Below are positions 13,700 through 25,989 of a stretch of DNA of 64,000 nt, one piece after another. Every line of letters starts with the position of its first letter. Positions within the stretch are counted from its first letter, which is position 1. Source of the stretch: Trichinella spiralis (lineage: Eukaryota); the NCBI RefSeq assembly GCF_000181795.1, contig NW_003526943.1, positions 8,349,472 to 8,413,471 of the forward strand, read 5' to 3'. The notes beneath the pieces are model-generated. The model ran no database searches and was not told the origin of the DNA. It worked only from the letters and a program-made list of their open reading frames with translations. The translations under genes were made by a program, and so were the position numbers.

Positions 13700-15420
13700 A
13701 TTGAAAACTTGAGGAAGAAATTTATTCAGTAAATTTGATACAGGACATTCGTCAGTTGTGCAATAAGTCCAATGTCATAAACGTACGAATGCTATGAAGA
13801 AATTGAAGAAAACTTGCACTTATATTTGTGATCTTGAAGAGGAAACAGAGAGCAGTAATCGAGGCAGCTTGTGATGCGGTTAAAGCGTTTCTGGTCAGAC
13901 AGAAAATATTAAACAGCTCTCGAAATTCTGTGCATTCGTTTCGGACGTCTGGATGTAAGTCAAGCCAAAATGATTTGTCGAAACTTGTCAACTCACACCG
14001 CAGTTAGTAAGGTTAACATCTGTATGCACGAAATGTTTCCAACAATTGCGATTGTCAGAGAAATTATCAAGCCAAAGTTTCCGAACAGCACTCGCAACCG
14101 ATGAGAAATGAAGTTTTTAAGCTGACTCATCATTGGCACCTCGGTTGAAACCGATTTTACTCTTCTACACGATCAGGTAAGAATTGGGAAACTTTCCCGA
14201 GAATTTTCAAATTGAGGATCTGGAAAAACAGCTAAATTATTGCACTTTAGCGTCTCGTCAGTCAGTAAACACGAAATTTCCAGTAATGCCAAATAATAAG
14301 TGTCAAGTAGAAGGCTTCACGCGCGTGTATATTTGAAAAAGTAACGTTTGAAATTATATGTTTATTCTTCGTATACTGTGGTGGTACTAAAGCATCGTGA
14401 GAAGACTGTTCGAAATTTTGTTTGAAGGTGAAGTTCAAAAACTTATGAAAGAGTTCAGAGATTAATGAAACTGGCCAATTTCATCTTAACAATAGTATCC
14501 CCGTGGAGCAAAGTTTTCTGTATAGGAAACAGTTGATTCGAATGCGTATCTGTTTTCCAGAATAGAACAAAGGAAGCAGATCAGTTGGAGCATGAAAGAT
14601 GGGCTATTAAATCGGGGGAATTATCCACAGAAGACATTTGCCAACTTCTTGAAACATTGTCGAGTGGATTGCAACGTTAATTTTGTGAATCTAAGTATAA
14701 ATGGATACTTCGATACGAACATTCAAACATGGGAGACATGGTGTTGATTCAAGCAGACATGGATCCGTTGACTGGTAGGTCACCTTCTTGAATATTACAA
14801 ATGAGAAGACGGAACAGTTTGATCTACTAAAAAAAGACAGCAATGAGTAATTGTACACATGACGACTATATAATTCTTTCATAAAGTCCTAACTTAGCTG
14901 TGAAAGCTGTTGATACCAATGAGGTATAATCTTGAATGGAACCGTCCGTGCAGCAAATTATGCTGGTTGCTAGCAGTCTAATGTTATCAAGCGTAGAAAA
15001 CTGCAAGATGCAAATTCCTGCAGTTTGGTGGAGCAGAATGTCTATTCCGGACTTTGTTCTTTTAAACTGGTTAGGAATCTGTGAATCTTGACAGTTTTAT
15101 GAAGCTTTATCTTCGATTTGTATACATTATACTTAGCTGTTTATAAATTTAAAACGCTGCAACAGGCAGTCTGTAGATCTTGGTACACTGTCGAGTCCTG
15201 TTGTTGAGCGAAGACTACACTGATTTCAAGATTTGTGTGAAAATTAAGGCCTTGGAGCCTTGTTATTCCTACATTACTTGACCATTAATAGCAGGTAATG
15301 TGCCCCATATTTTTTGCCTTACACAGATTGCTCTCAGTGCTCAGATGAAAGACTCATCACCACATTACATCTGCAAGTAATTTATGTTACTGGTGAACAA
15401 GAAGGAACAAAATCCAAAAT
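13700..15420 (+). pseudogene. Decayed intronless coding-like region, possibly a Mab-21/cGAS-like nucleotidyltransferase remnant
   Basis: More balanced base composition than the surrounding non-coding DNA, with no long ORF. Fragments in shifting frames (GTSVETDFTLL; LEWNRPCSKLCW; VWWSRMSIPDF; YKFKTL; GTLSS/KTTL/LCE; GNVPH+YFLPYTD) fall in Mab-21 motif order. Confidence 0.3.
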
Positions 15421-16299
15421 TTATCTGACAAATGAATTCTAAGATTTCTTTTCTTCTCTGTTTCTATCATTTTCATATATTGATTTATCTATCAGCATCT
15501 GCTTACATATCTTCTTGGCGGATGCCATGTTTCGAATCAGCTAACGTCGCATTATCTGTTTTTCAGGCAAATTCTCAATACAGATTATTAAGATCGTTTT
15601 CTCGTTTCATGAATTCATTTTCTTTCTTTCATTTATATCAGCAAAACAGCCTACCTGTTGACAGATTTTATGAAATACTTTTTTCAGTTCAGTTTGGATC
15701 TTGAAGCAATTCTTTTACAATTTACACAAAAAATATTTTTGAATTTTTTATTCAAGTAAATTTATTACTGAAGAATCTATCGCTACCAAATAAAAATAAC
15801 TGCTGAAGCAAGTTCAACAAACTTGTTAAAAATATTGCAACAAAATATGAATTTTTGTGAAACTAATTTTTATCCAAGATTTTTTGTTTGTGTGTAAGTC
15901 AAAATTGTATAATAGTTTTAATGTTTCAGATGCGTATATGTGAAAATGCAACAAAATATTACATTTCCAATAACATCCAACTCTGTGATATTGCTTATTT
16001 TGACTTGTGTAGTAAAGGATAATGATAATACCATAGCACAAATATGAATTTCATCATTTCTTACAATATATTTATTTGCATATGAATTTCAGGTATATGA
16101 TATTAAACAATTAGCAGCAACATTTTCATTTAGAAATTCATCAAATTTGTTTATGTAGAATTGAAAAATTGACGTAACTTAGTTTCGGGAAATTTTTCAT
16201 TTTTTAATTGCATGTCAATTTGCAGCAATTTACAATCATAGCCACCACTTTGCAAAATGATTCACAAACATTTTAGAAAGCATCACCCAAACATAGGTG

Positions 16300-16670
16300 A
16301 GCAGTTTGGCAAAATTTCAAAGTTTTCGACAGAAACCATTGTAAATCAAAGTATATGTGCGAAAATAGTTTTGACCAGGGAAGTTTCTAATGTTCCCATT
16401 TGGATGAACATTCAAATTCCAATGCATGCAGATGAAGCGTGCTAAGAAAAAGACGAATACCAAACCAAATACAATTTTGTTGGTGTTCCCTCTTTTTACC
16501 AATATCATGATTAATGATGATGCTCTCTGCTCACTGCTTTAAGATATTGGAAATACAGTAATCTGTAGAACTCGTTAGGAGGAATACATTGATATGAATT
16601 AAGTACTACAAAAATTAATAAACAAATATATGTGTATGTGCTTAAAGTGAAATGAATGAGAACATTGGAC
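16300..16670 (-). pseudogene. Pseudogene fragment A of an unknown gene family (paralogous to 17941-18200)
   Basis: Translates CLLIFVVLNSYQCIPPNEFYRLLYFQYLKAVSRE and aligns at DNA level with 17941-18196; a deletion relative to copy B shifts the frame. Confidence 0.45.
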
Positions 16671-17011
16671 TGAAAGCAATTAATATAAAAATTGTTTTAA
16701 AATCATTTATTCATAAACATAATATAAAAATAGAAGAAAACAGTATTGAAAATCACTTTAATTTTAGGATATATTGCAATTTATTGTTCACTATCGATGA
16801 TTAACATTTGGGAAAAAAACATTGCTTTTAACAATAATTTTATTTAAAAAAGTGCAACGTGCAGATGAATATGATATTTAAAAAAAGAACATTATAATTT
16901 ATAATTGAAGGAATGTTTTACATATGAATGCTAAAATAGTAAAATGAAATTTGTCAACATAAGTTTCGATTACTTTTACGTAATCGAATGAGTAGTAAAA
17001 AAGGAAATGAA

Positions 17012-17622
17012 TCATTCATCTTTTATTGCGGATAATCGTACGGCATTCACTGCTCCATCTGGGGCATTCACAATTTTCTTCACTTTTGGTCGATACACAA
17101 CTATTCCTCTTTCGTTGATTCGATATTTTATTACAAATGTATATTCTGCATCAAATTCTGATCTTGGTCTTTTTAATACAATGGGAATCAACAGTGCAAA
17201 CCGCTTCGATCTTTGTTTTTTCTTTCCACGTCTGTCCAATTCCTCATTTAATACATTTTCACTCTGTTCGATCTGAGAATTCTCTGACACTACATCTGTC
17301 TCAGGTTCCTTCAAATCATTCTCGACATCCTTACTTCTAGTTCTAATTCTAAAATAAAGTTTTTTTCTTTACTGTTTTTACATGATGTTTGAAAAATTAT
17401 GCACAATTAATAGTAGTAGTAAGAAGCTGATACAAATTCATTTAAAAGATTATTACATAATTTATTCAAATAATAAATCATTACTTAAATAATTAACACT
17501 TCGTGATTGAAAGTATTTAATTATCAGAATGAAAAAATTCACCTGCGGAAGAGGCAGAACATGAACCAGCAGATGATTACCGCGAGACAAGTATAAATGG
17601 CACCTTCCATAGGAAAATCCAT
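17012..17622 (-). CDS. Small predicted single-pass membrane protein, unknown function (2 exons)
   Basis: Exon 1 MDFPMEGAIYTCLAVIICWFMFCLFR(R) ends at ag|gtgaat and joins in frame at tttag|a to the ORF ending at 17012 (IRTRSKDVENDLKEPETD...RLSAIKDE*). Confidence 0.6.
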
Positions 17623-17940
17623 CCTTGACACTGATGTTTGCTCGAATGAAAGAGTTTATATAAGGGAAAAATTGTTTAAAGCATTTTTACTTTAAAATTT
17701 TGCTCACTATGTTTAAACAGTAGTTTTAAAGTACAGTAAGCTTATTCTTATGCGCTTCAAACTGGTGTAAAGTGTAAAAAATTATACTTACACTTGTTAT
17801 GTGAAAAAATTGAAAAGAAAAGTTAATATTTGAAACATGAACAAATTCCATCTTCATGAAATTACAATTTTTATTAATGTGTTTTCTTTTGCAACTCAAT
17901 TTGAATATTACCAAAAAACAAGGTTTCAATTTTTCAAATA

Positions 17941-18200
17941 TTTTGTTGATGTTCCTTCTATTTACTTACGATCATAATAATTAATGATGGTGCTTCTTGT
18001 TTTTTATAATCAAACAAAATGCCAGAGTAATTCAAAATGCTAAAAAACAGCAAATTTGCGGAAAGTCTCTTTGCTCATTTCTTTAAGATTTATGAATGTA
18101 AAAGCACCAATTTAAAAAATTCGTTTAAAGGAACACATTGATATGAATTAAGCTTTACAACAATTAATAAACAGATAGATATATGTGCTCAAAGTGCATG
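17941..18200 (-). pseudogene. Pseudogene fragment B of an unknown gene family (paralogous to 16476-16649)
   Basis: Translates CLLIVVKLNSYQCVPLNEFFKLV..., then FINLKEMSKE in another frame, with in-frame stops and a gtaagt donor near the position of copy A's donor. Confidence 0.45.
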
Positions 18201-18713
18201 CATATGCACGATTAAATTCAGGAATAACATACAGGAAATGCATGAATTTCCTTGCTTATTACAAAGACCTACCTTTTGTGGTCAACCAGAATAAAATCTA
18301 ACAGTTAACATGAATATGCATAACTATTTACAAATTATTATGCATCATAATGGTGCAACATCTGATCAAAACTGATTATTGACATTTTAAAATACTATGT
18401 CTTCATAGCTTGGAATATATTTGTTGCTTTGAAGTTGTAAATTTAAATAATTTGGCCAACAGAAAATTAAAACTAATTATTTCGATCGATGACAAAAAAC
18501 TTCATAAAATGAAATACTAGTAATTAAAAAAAAATTTTTTCAATTATTAAATAAAATGAAAGATGTTTCATTTATTTTCTTCAAAAGAGCATCTGTGTTG
18601 ATTCTGCATTCAGACGTCGTGACATCACATGACATTATTATTAATAATGCTATTACTACCATAAAATTCTTTACATCTAGAATTTATTTATTGCAACTTA
18701 TCAACAATAATTA

Positions 18714-21563
18714 TCAATAATTTCTAAATAAGTCCGCTTTCAAATATTTCACATTGTTGCCGGAATTCATCCAACTGGACGGATCGAAGACCTGTTCATA
18801 AACAGAGAGGGATTTTTCCAACAGTACAGGCACAGTAACTTCGTAAGCTGAACCACAGTTGTCATAGTTGGCCAACGGAGTTGGGATGTAGTGGAAATTG
18901 GAGGCGGATTTTGTCAGACGAAACGGTGCGCTGAGTTTTCTCTCCGCTTCCGCCGGTTTAGTGAACAAGTATATGTCCACATATTGTTGGCACTTTGATA
19001 AATCATCCCGACTCAACGAGTGCAATTCAAAGCCGTAACAATCGCGACAGGATGCAAGTTTGTAAGGGGAGAATTTACACTGTAATATCCCTTTGTCTAG
19101 GTTCGAATTTTCATATTTCATCATCGCATCTTTCCAATCTGCCGAATAGATAACTTCAACGTCACTTTTGGCACCTTCTTCATCGCTGCTGGATTCATCT
19201 TCACCATCTTGTTCCGTGTTTTCTTAAAATTGCATATGATGAATGGGCACAAAAATCAGAAAAAAAAACAAACAGAAAATTTACTTGAAAAATTTTCCAC
19301 CCGTTCAGCCCTGCTTTTGCCGGTGCGACGATTTTTGAACCACTGAACCATCGACGCCGAAGCGATCGTATTTTCCGTCGTGTTGGCGACGGTCGAAATC
19401 CATCGACTCGGCAATGCAAGCAGTTCGCTGAAATCGGTCAACTCTTCCACTTTGTAAAAATAATCGACCACCAACCGCTGCTGCCACGGTGGCAGTTCGC
19501 CAATTGGCAAATGACCGTATGATAAGTGATTTTCAAGATCACTGAAAAAGGAGCAATAATCCACGCAGCAGGTGAACGTCGGCTTTTCGCGAACGCAAGT
19601 GGTCAATTCTTTGGGCAAGAGCAACGTTTTCCCAGTACAAGGGACTACAACGCCCAAGAACAAATTGATCGCGTTCTGCTTGTCAAAGTCGACAAAATTA
19701 TTGCTATAATAACGGGACAGTGTTTGTATAACATCCCGACTGCGTTCTTGCAAATTTGCCGTCTTTTTGTACGTTTTGATGCTGTGAACCAACTGCGAAC
19801 CGGCGTACTGCATGGCCAACGCGTCGCCGTGTTCATCGTAAAGCGTCTCAAGCAGACGACAAAATTCATGATCCATACTCAAATACGGTTCACTGAGAAT
19901 ACCTTAAATTTTATTTTTTTAAACAACAACTGACAAATCAAAATATACGGATCGAAAAGCCATCTTTACCCATTGAATACAGTTGATAAGCGAAAGCGAC
20001 TTTTCCAGTTACAAATTGAGCCACGTTGGTTCTGTCCAAACAGTCGACGCAGTTTGTTCGTGGGATTCCGGACTGGAACAGAAATGTCCCATCCGAAGAG
20101 GTGTGATGCTCTTCGGGTTTGACAAAATCCGCACAACGAAGCCGACAACAGAAAGGCATGCAGAACGACTGAAACCAACCGCACAACAGCAACACCAAAT
20201 AGCTGATCTCTTCCAATTTGGCCATCGAGTCGGCCACTTTGTGACATCTGGCCATGTCGAAGGTCAAATAAAGTATCGCTTTGGATGGAGTCAAAAATTG
20301 ATTCAAATAATTGATCGACGCCTGCAACTCTTCGTGCAAGATGCTCTCATGACGACGTTTTTCCCGACGTTTCACCAAATTGATCACAACAATCGGTCCA
20401 CCGTATCTGGCCAACAAATTCTACACACAAAGCATAGAGATATGCAAATTATTCGGAAAATGAGAAGAAAAATCAATCCAAACACTACTGAAATTACCCT
20501 GAAATGATTGCCAGCAATACAGGCGAACGGATCAGCCAGGTCGATTTGTATGGGCGGTTTGCCGACCACTTTGGTAATATCCTGAGACCAGATCAACGGG
20601 ACAGAACCTCTCAGTTGAACGAAGCTGGAAAAGCTGCCCAATTTGAAATCCATCACCGAACGGTTGTACAAAATTTGTTCGGTCTCCACTTCGTTGGCCA
20701 CGTCCCCGTCGTAACTGGCCCCACGTTTGAGGAATCGGGTGCCGGCGAATTTTTTCGACCGTCTGGCAATCAACACCAACCTCAAACAACAGGACGGCAA
20801 GTTGATCGGAAAATGGCCCACGAAACCGTGCACCAGAGGCAAAAGCCATTCGGCTTTGACGCCGGCTTCGACCATCGGCTTCATCAAATAGCTGTTCCAG
20901 ACGAAGCGATCGTGCCAGTGCTTGGTCGGCTCGGTCGCGTTGCTTTGCAACGTGCGACTCAAATCGTAAGTGTAGCAAAAGTAGAAGCTGGTCGACAACA
21001 GGATACTTTGGAAAATTTTACAATATTTCAATTCTTCCATTGATCTGCTGTTTTCGTCGAACAACGCCAGCATTGCAGTCTCTTCAACTTTGAATATTGT
21101 ATGAAAACCAATCTCGACCAACGGTATCGCTTTGCTCACTACCAGCATGTAGTAGCCGTTCAAAAAACGCGCGAAACCAGCAATGCCATAACAACTCAGG
21201 GTGCGATTTTCCAATGAATTTCCCTCTTCACCTGGATCGCCATTTTTTTGACAATTTCTCTTCACGGTACATTCATCCACGCAAGTCAAAATTTCATTCT
21301 TCAAAATTAAAAACAGCATTTTGTTTCAAAGAAAAAATATCATCCTTCCACAAATTGCATACAATAATAATAATAATTATTATTATTATTATTACCAATT
21401 CTTGCTGCGAATAGGAGTGTCCATCTTCGATTAGTGTTAGCGTTTCTGCTTTTTCCACTTTCAACAGATGATACGAATCATCACCGTAATGCGCTCCAGT
21501 CAAATAGAAACGGGAAGGAGTTTCATAGATGAGCACTTTTTGAAATGGAATCGAACAAGGCAT
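18714..21563 (-). CDS. FIG4: Polyphosphoinositide phosphatase FIG4/SAC3 (SAC domain), multi-exon
   Basis: IYETPSRFYLTG; FVWNSYL; LIARRSKKFAGTRFLKRG...VANEVETEQI; SFVQLRGSVPLIWSQ; catalytic CX5RT in RTNCVDCLDRTNVAQF; HGDALAMQYAGSQLVHSIKTY; SRYYSNNFVDFDKQNAINLFLG. Confidence 0.95.
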
Positions 21564-21916
21564 CTTTGCAAAAAAAATTACATTTCAATTTTGCAACTAC
21601 GAACCTCATTCACACAAGATATTGCAAATGAAGAGAAACATCACTTTTCCCAATTCATATATACATACGCTGAAAATCAAATAATCCACGAATTGAAACA
21701 TTTAATAATATTATCAATCAAATTTTCACTCGATCACAAAACCTCAATGAAACCTAACAATCACTAATCACATAACGTACAACAACAAACCGGAGATCTA
21801 AAACATCACACCCTCTTACACACACTTACTGGTGTGTGTAGGTGAAATATTTTACGATGAACATTCTTTGAAATCAATTATTTTATAATAATTTTTAAAA
21901 AAAGCAAATATATTCA

Positions 21917-23634
21917 TTAACATTCGCCACGTTGGTTGCAACAAACTAGCTGAGATGTTTCCAAAGTATTCTGCTCACGATGATGAAGTAGATAAGAAAA
22001 TGTTAATGTAAACTGAAAATACAGGCGAATGTATCCATAAGAAAGTTCGCACATAGCTCTAAAAATAAATACTATAAACACACCAAAAATAAAATAAAAT
22101 AAAATTAAATAAAACATACAATGCCCAATCTGATAATGTGACTGTCACGTTCAATCCGATCGGATAAAAGCTTGACAATTTCGGTACAACAACAGTCGAC
22201 TTGTTAAACCCGTATCCAATAACTTCACTACGGCTTGGGAAAACCATTTTCGACACTTTACTCGATGCATTTGTCACTTCAATATCGTAAAAATTTTCAT
22301 TCGACACGTTAACAAATGTCTAAATTAAAACAACAGAAAAAAAATTTTCAAATATGATCATTTATACAAACAAATATAATACATTTTTTATACACAGATA
22401 TTTATTTCTTGTTTTTCAAAATAAAAACATTATTACTGAGAAACAATTTAATAATTAATTTGTTCTTATTTGGAGCAAAATATTTTTTTTTCAAAAAAAT
22501 CATTTTGCTTTGAATTTTACACGCTTGCTGCTGAAGCAATTACTAGTGAATTTTCAGTACATTTTACATTTGAATATGCAGGATAATTACAACTCAAATA
22601 CAAAGTATGAAAAGTTCTAATAAACTGGTTTCATTCTGTAGAAAATGTTACAAAATAAAACTTTAACATAACAACAAAATTATAATTGGAACAAAATTGG
22701 CGTAAATTTAATTATAATGCGTCTTTTTGAAGAGCATCAAGTAATTGTTAAGACTAGTTTGCAACAGAAATTCACGAATCAAACTTCAACATCTCCTTCT
22801 TCAATTTCAAGTTTGAAATTTGTTATACTTTTATAAGATAAAAAACTTCAGATAAGCTTCCATAATGACTGATTGTTCGCTAAATTTGTACTAAAAGAAA
22901 ATGATATTCTATTCTATTCTATTCCATCTTACCATAAAGTTCACTTTCATCGTTTTTCCAGGTTCATAGGACTGCAAAAATACTTCTGTAACTGCCAAAC
23001 TATTTGAAAATACATTGATCGTCCTTGGAAGCAAGAAGTACAACGCCAGCCCAGAAAGTAACAAACAAATCAAAATTGAAGAAATAACCCACATCCAACT
23101 AAAATTATTAAAATTTAACGCAACAGTTGCTTTTCCTGCACTTATAATAATTAATCAACGACAATTATTTATAAAAAAAATATTCTTTATTATAAATACT
23201 GTCAATCAAATGATATTCAAAAATCAGTAAATAAGCAAAACTCAGTTTACAGAATAATTCATATGGCTGATTTTTAAAAAAGCACAGAATATCTGTCTAA
23301 ATAATAATCGAAAAGCAAGTAACAACAAAGATGAGTTAAGCAAGTCAACAGCTTTTCTCAAATAAAAACACTATAAAACGGAAATAAATACATACGTTTT
23401 CGAAGGTTTCAAACGTTTGTCACTAAATGGTATCAGAGCCACCAGTTCATCCTCTCGATCTGCAGTTCAAATTTTCATCGAAATAAAATGAAACAACCAC
23501 AGAGCTTGTCATACTCACTCACCTCTTGGAATATATCCCTTTCCTGAACACGATGCACATACTATGCAGTTCATCGATTCAGAGCCAGAAATGGCAGCTA
23601 TTGGTGATTTTTGATCAACTACTATTGTTTGCAT
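21917..23634 (-). CDS. TMEM106B: TMEM106-family type II lysosomal membrane protein, multi-exon
   Basis: CASCSGKGYIPR / REDELVALIPFSDKRLKPSK, a TM segment ISSILICLLLSGLALYFLLPRTI, and a luminal domain NVSNENFYDIEV... ending HREQNTLETSQLVCCNQRGEC*. Confidence 0.88.
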
Positions 23635-24755
23635 CTTTCAAATCACCAATCTGATTTCAGAATTTCTATATCGCACATTGCTAATTTAAAAATAAAAAAA
23701 ACAGGTATGTTTTCATCCGCAATTTACAACAACAGTAAATATAACCGACATTTAATTGTATTGCTACCTTAAAACAAGTCTGCTTCAATTATGTAAGTCA
23801 GTCATCAGACAGTAGTTTATTCAATACTGAACATCAAGTATAAATTTTCAAAAAATAAAAAAAACATTTTTCCAAAAATTTAAATGTTTTCGTTTTATGG
23901 AAAAAACAAAACAATTCAATCAGAATTAAAAATTTATTTCAAATTTCTTATTTAACGTGACAATAACAAATTGAAACGATCACCTACTTTACATTTTCAT
24001 TTAACGTAAAATACTTTGACAAACAAAATAGTTAAAAATACATACATATGTAGTCACAGTATGCTTGGTAATGAAAGTAAAAATAAAACTCAAGTAAGAA
24101 AATCTAAAACAATAAATTTCTAAACAAATACTAAACAAACATTGCGTTAAATTTAAGTGCGGTTTTTATAGTTTATTTTTAAATTAATTACTATTATTTG
24201 AGATAACAGGATTTCAATGTTTGCTAAAATACTGGATGGGCTTCATTCAAGTCGTGACAAACACGTCAAATTGACGACATAACAATTAAGCTTTCCTTAT
24301 TTACATTGCCAGTATTTATTTATTAAAACAATAATTATAATTGCAGCTTGTTTGCAGCACAGCAGTTGAACAATTAGTTGATAAAATGTGCGAATATACT
24401 TCGCTCTACTACGACAACAATAAACGACCTTAACCCGAAATGGTCTCGTTTATCCAAACATTACTTACAATGCAGTATGCTCATCAAAAACCATTCAACT
24501 ACGCATTAAAGATAACGTTTTTTTCCTTTATTCATTCAAAACTACGGAAGTATGAAAATAAAACTAAAAATTCTGTAGATCTCACCGGTGAAAGCACCCC
24601 ATTTTGCTGCAACAGCCTTGAAAAAACATTTGGAGAATAAATAACCTTTTATTTATAATTATTTACAATACATGCAAACAGCAGTAGTAAATGTGCAAGC
24701 TTTCAACTACCGGCATTTTAATTAACTGTTGTTCAAAATAAAAAAAGAAAGAATC

Positions 24756-25989
24756 TTAAATGCAAAACAACATGTTATCAAAACTGAAATCATCACAATC
24801 GAGATTCAATGAATCATCGGTCCACTCTTTTCCAGCTGCATCATTATTTTCTAAGCCAAAATCATCTTGACCGGTAGCAAAAATTTGCGTCCAATCCACC
24901 ATGTCCAATTCACACTGCGTATCAAAAGAAATAGGCGAAATGGACGATTGTTCGACAGAAGAGTCAGACGGTGCCAGTGAATTTAGCAGAGCAAAATCTC
25001 TGGAGTCCGCGAATGAAAGAGGTGACAAAGCGCTCGACATGTCCAAAGCTGCTGCATGCATTGTTTTCGCGCTACTTGAAGACAGGTAACAGTGGTCATG
25101 CATTATGGTGGCCACAGCTGCTGGACTGCATGGTGACACCGAATCTTGGAATTTTCTTTGGCAATCATTTTCTCCAAAAAAGCAAACATCTTCTTCACAC
25201 AAAGCTTGCTGAAAAAAGGCAAACACAACAAATTACAATCGTCAAAAAGTCTATAGTCATTGAAAACAATCTCAACGCACCCCTGATGTTGTCGCTGGAT
25301 TAGATATTGATTCGACGGCTTCAAACTGTGTCCCATCGTAGGGATCAGGCAAAACAGACTCCGTAGCATCAAAATACATCGGGCAACCTGCGCCTTCGGC
25401 AGAGGTGCATTAATGAATTCTGCAGATTCAACGGCTGCCGCAACGTATTCAGCACCACACGAGGATGATTCGCCTTTGCCTGTAAAAAAATTTTTTTAAT
25501 TAAAAAATCCACAGACAACTATTCATTAAAAGTTTTCTTTTCCGTATTTACTGGCCAGTAAAGCTTGCAAGCGCTCATTTTCTTCACGCAATTGTCTGTT
25601 CGTAATTTCCAGCTCTTTCAAACTAGTACGCAAATACAAATTTTCTGTCTGCAACAATGCGGCATTGTTTTCCAAATTAGCGAGCGCTTTCTTTTTACGA
25701 TCACGTGCACACTGCGCAGCAACGCGATTCTTCAACTTCCTGTCCATTATACATACAATAAAAAAACAATACAACGTACACAGTAAAAGTCAAAATTCAA
25801 TTATCAATACCTTCGTTGCAGCTTCTGTTCCACTGTTAAATTATTCAAACATTCTCGCTTTCTCGGCCGCAACCGACTGGCGCCAACATTCATTTTGCTC
25901 AGTTCTTCCATATCATTTTCACTATACAGTGTCAGATATGGCTGATTCGTTAAAAACACAAAGTCACTCGGAAACAGAGTGCTTTCCAT
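24756..25989 (-). CDS. xbp-1: X-box binding protein 1 (bZIP), IRE1-spliced isoform XBP1s; the unspliced isoform stops at 25103
   Basis: bZIP RPRKRECLNNLTVEQKLQRR/KLKNRVAAQCARDRKK; spliceosomal introns including 25209-25280. Removing the 23-nt unconventional intron joins the bZIP to the acidic C-terminal ORF ending at 24756. Confidence 0.95.
25400..25422 (-). other. 23-nt unconventional IRE1-excised intron of xbp-1
   Basis: The minus strand reads gaatCTG|CAGaattcattaatgcacctCTG|CCGaaggcgc: two CNG|CNG 7-nt loops on stems gaat/attc and (gca)cct/agg(cgc), exactly 23 nt apart. Confidence 0.95.

Noticed and set aside
19526..21414. Long plus-strand ORFs antisense to FIG4 (likewise those antisense to APP, ATG11 and EXD2)
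   Set aside because: Shadow ORFs of GC-richer coding exons, with no motifs or splice logic of their own.
1..23634. Apparent neurodegeneration gene cluster (APP, RB1CC1, FIG4, TMEM106B)
   Set aside because: The grouping rests on human disease associations; mixed orientation and intervening genes make chance adjacency in a compact genome sufficient.
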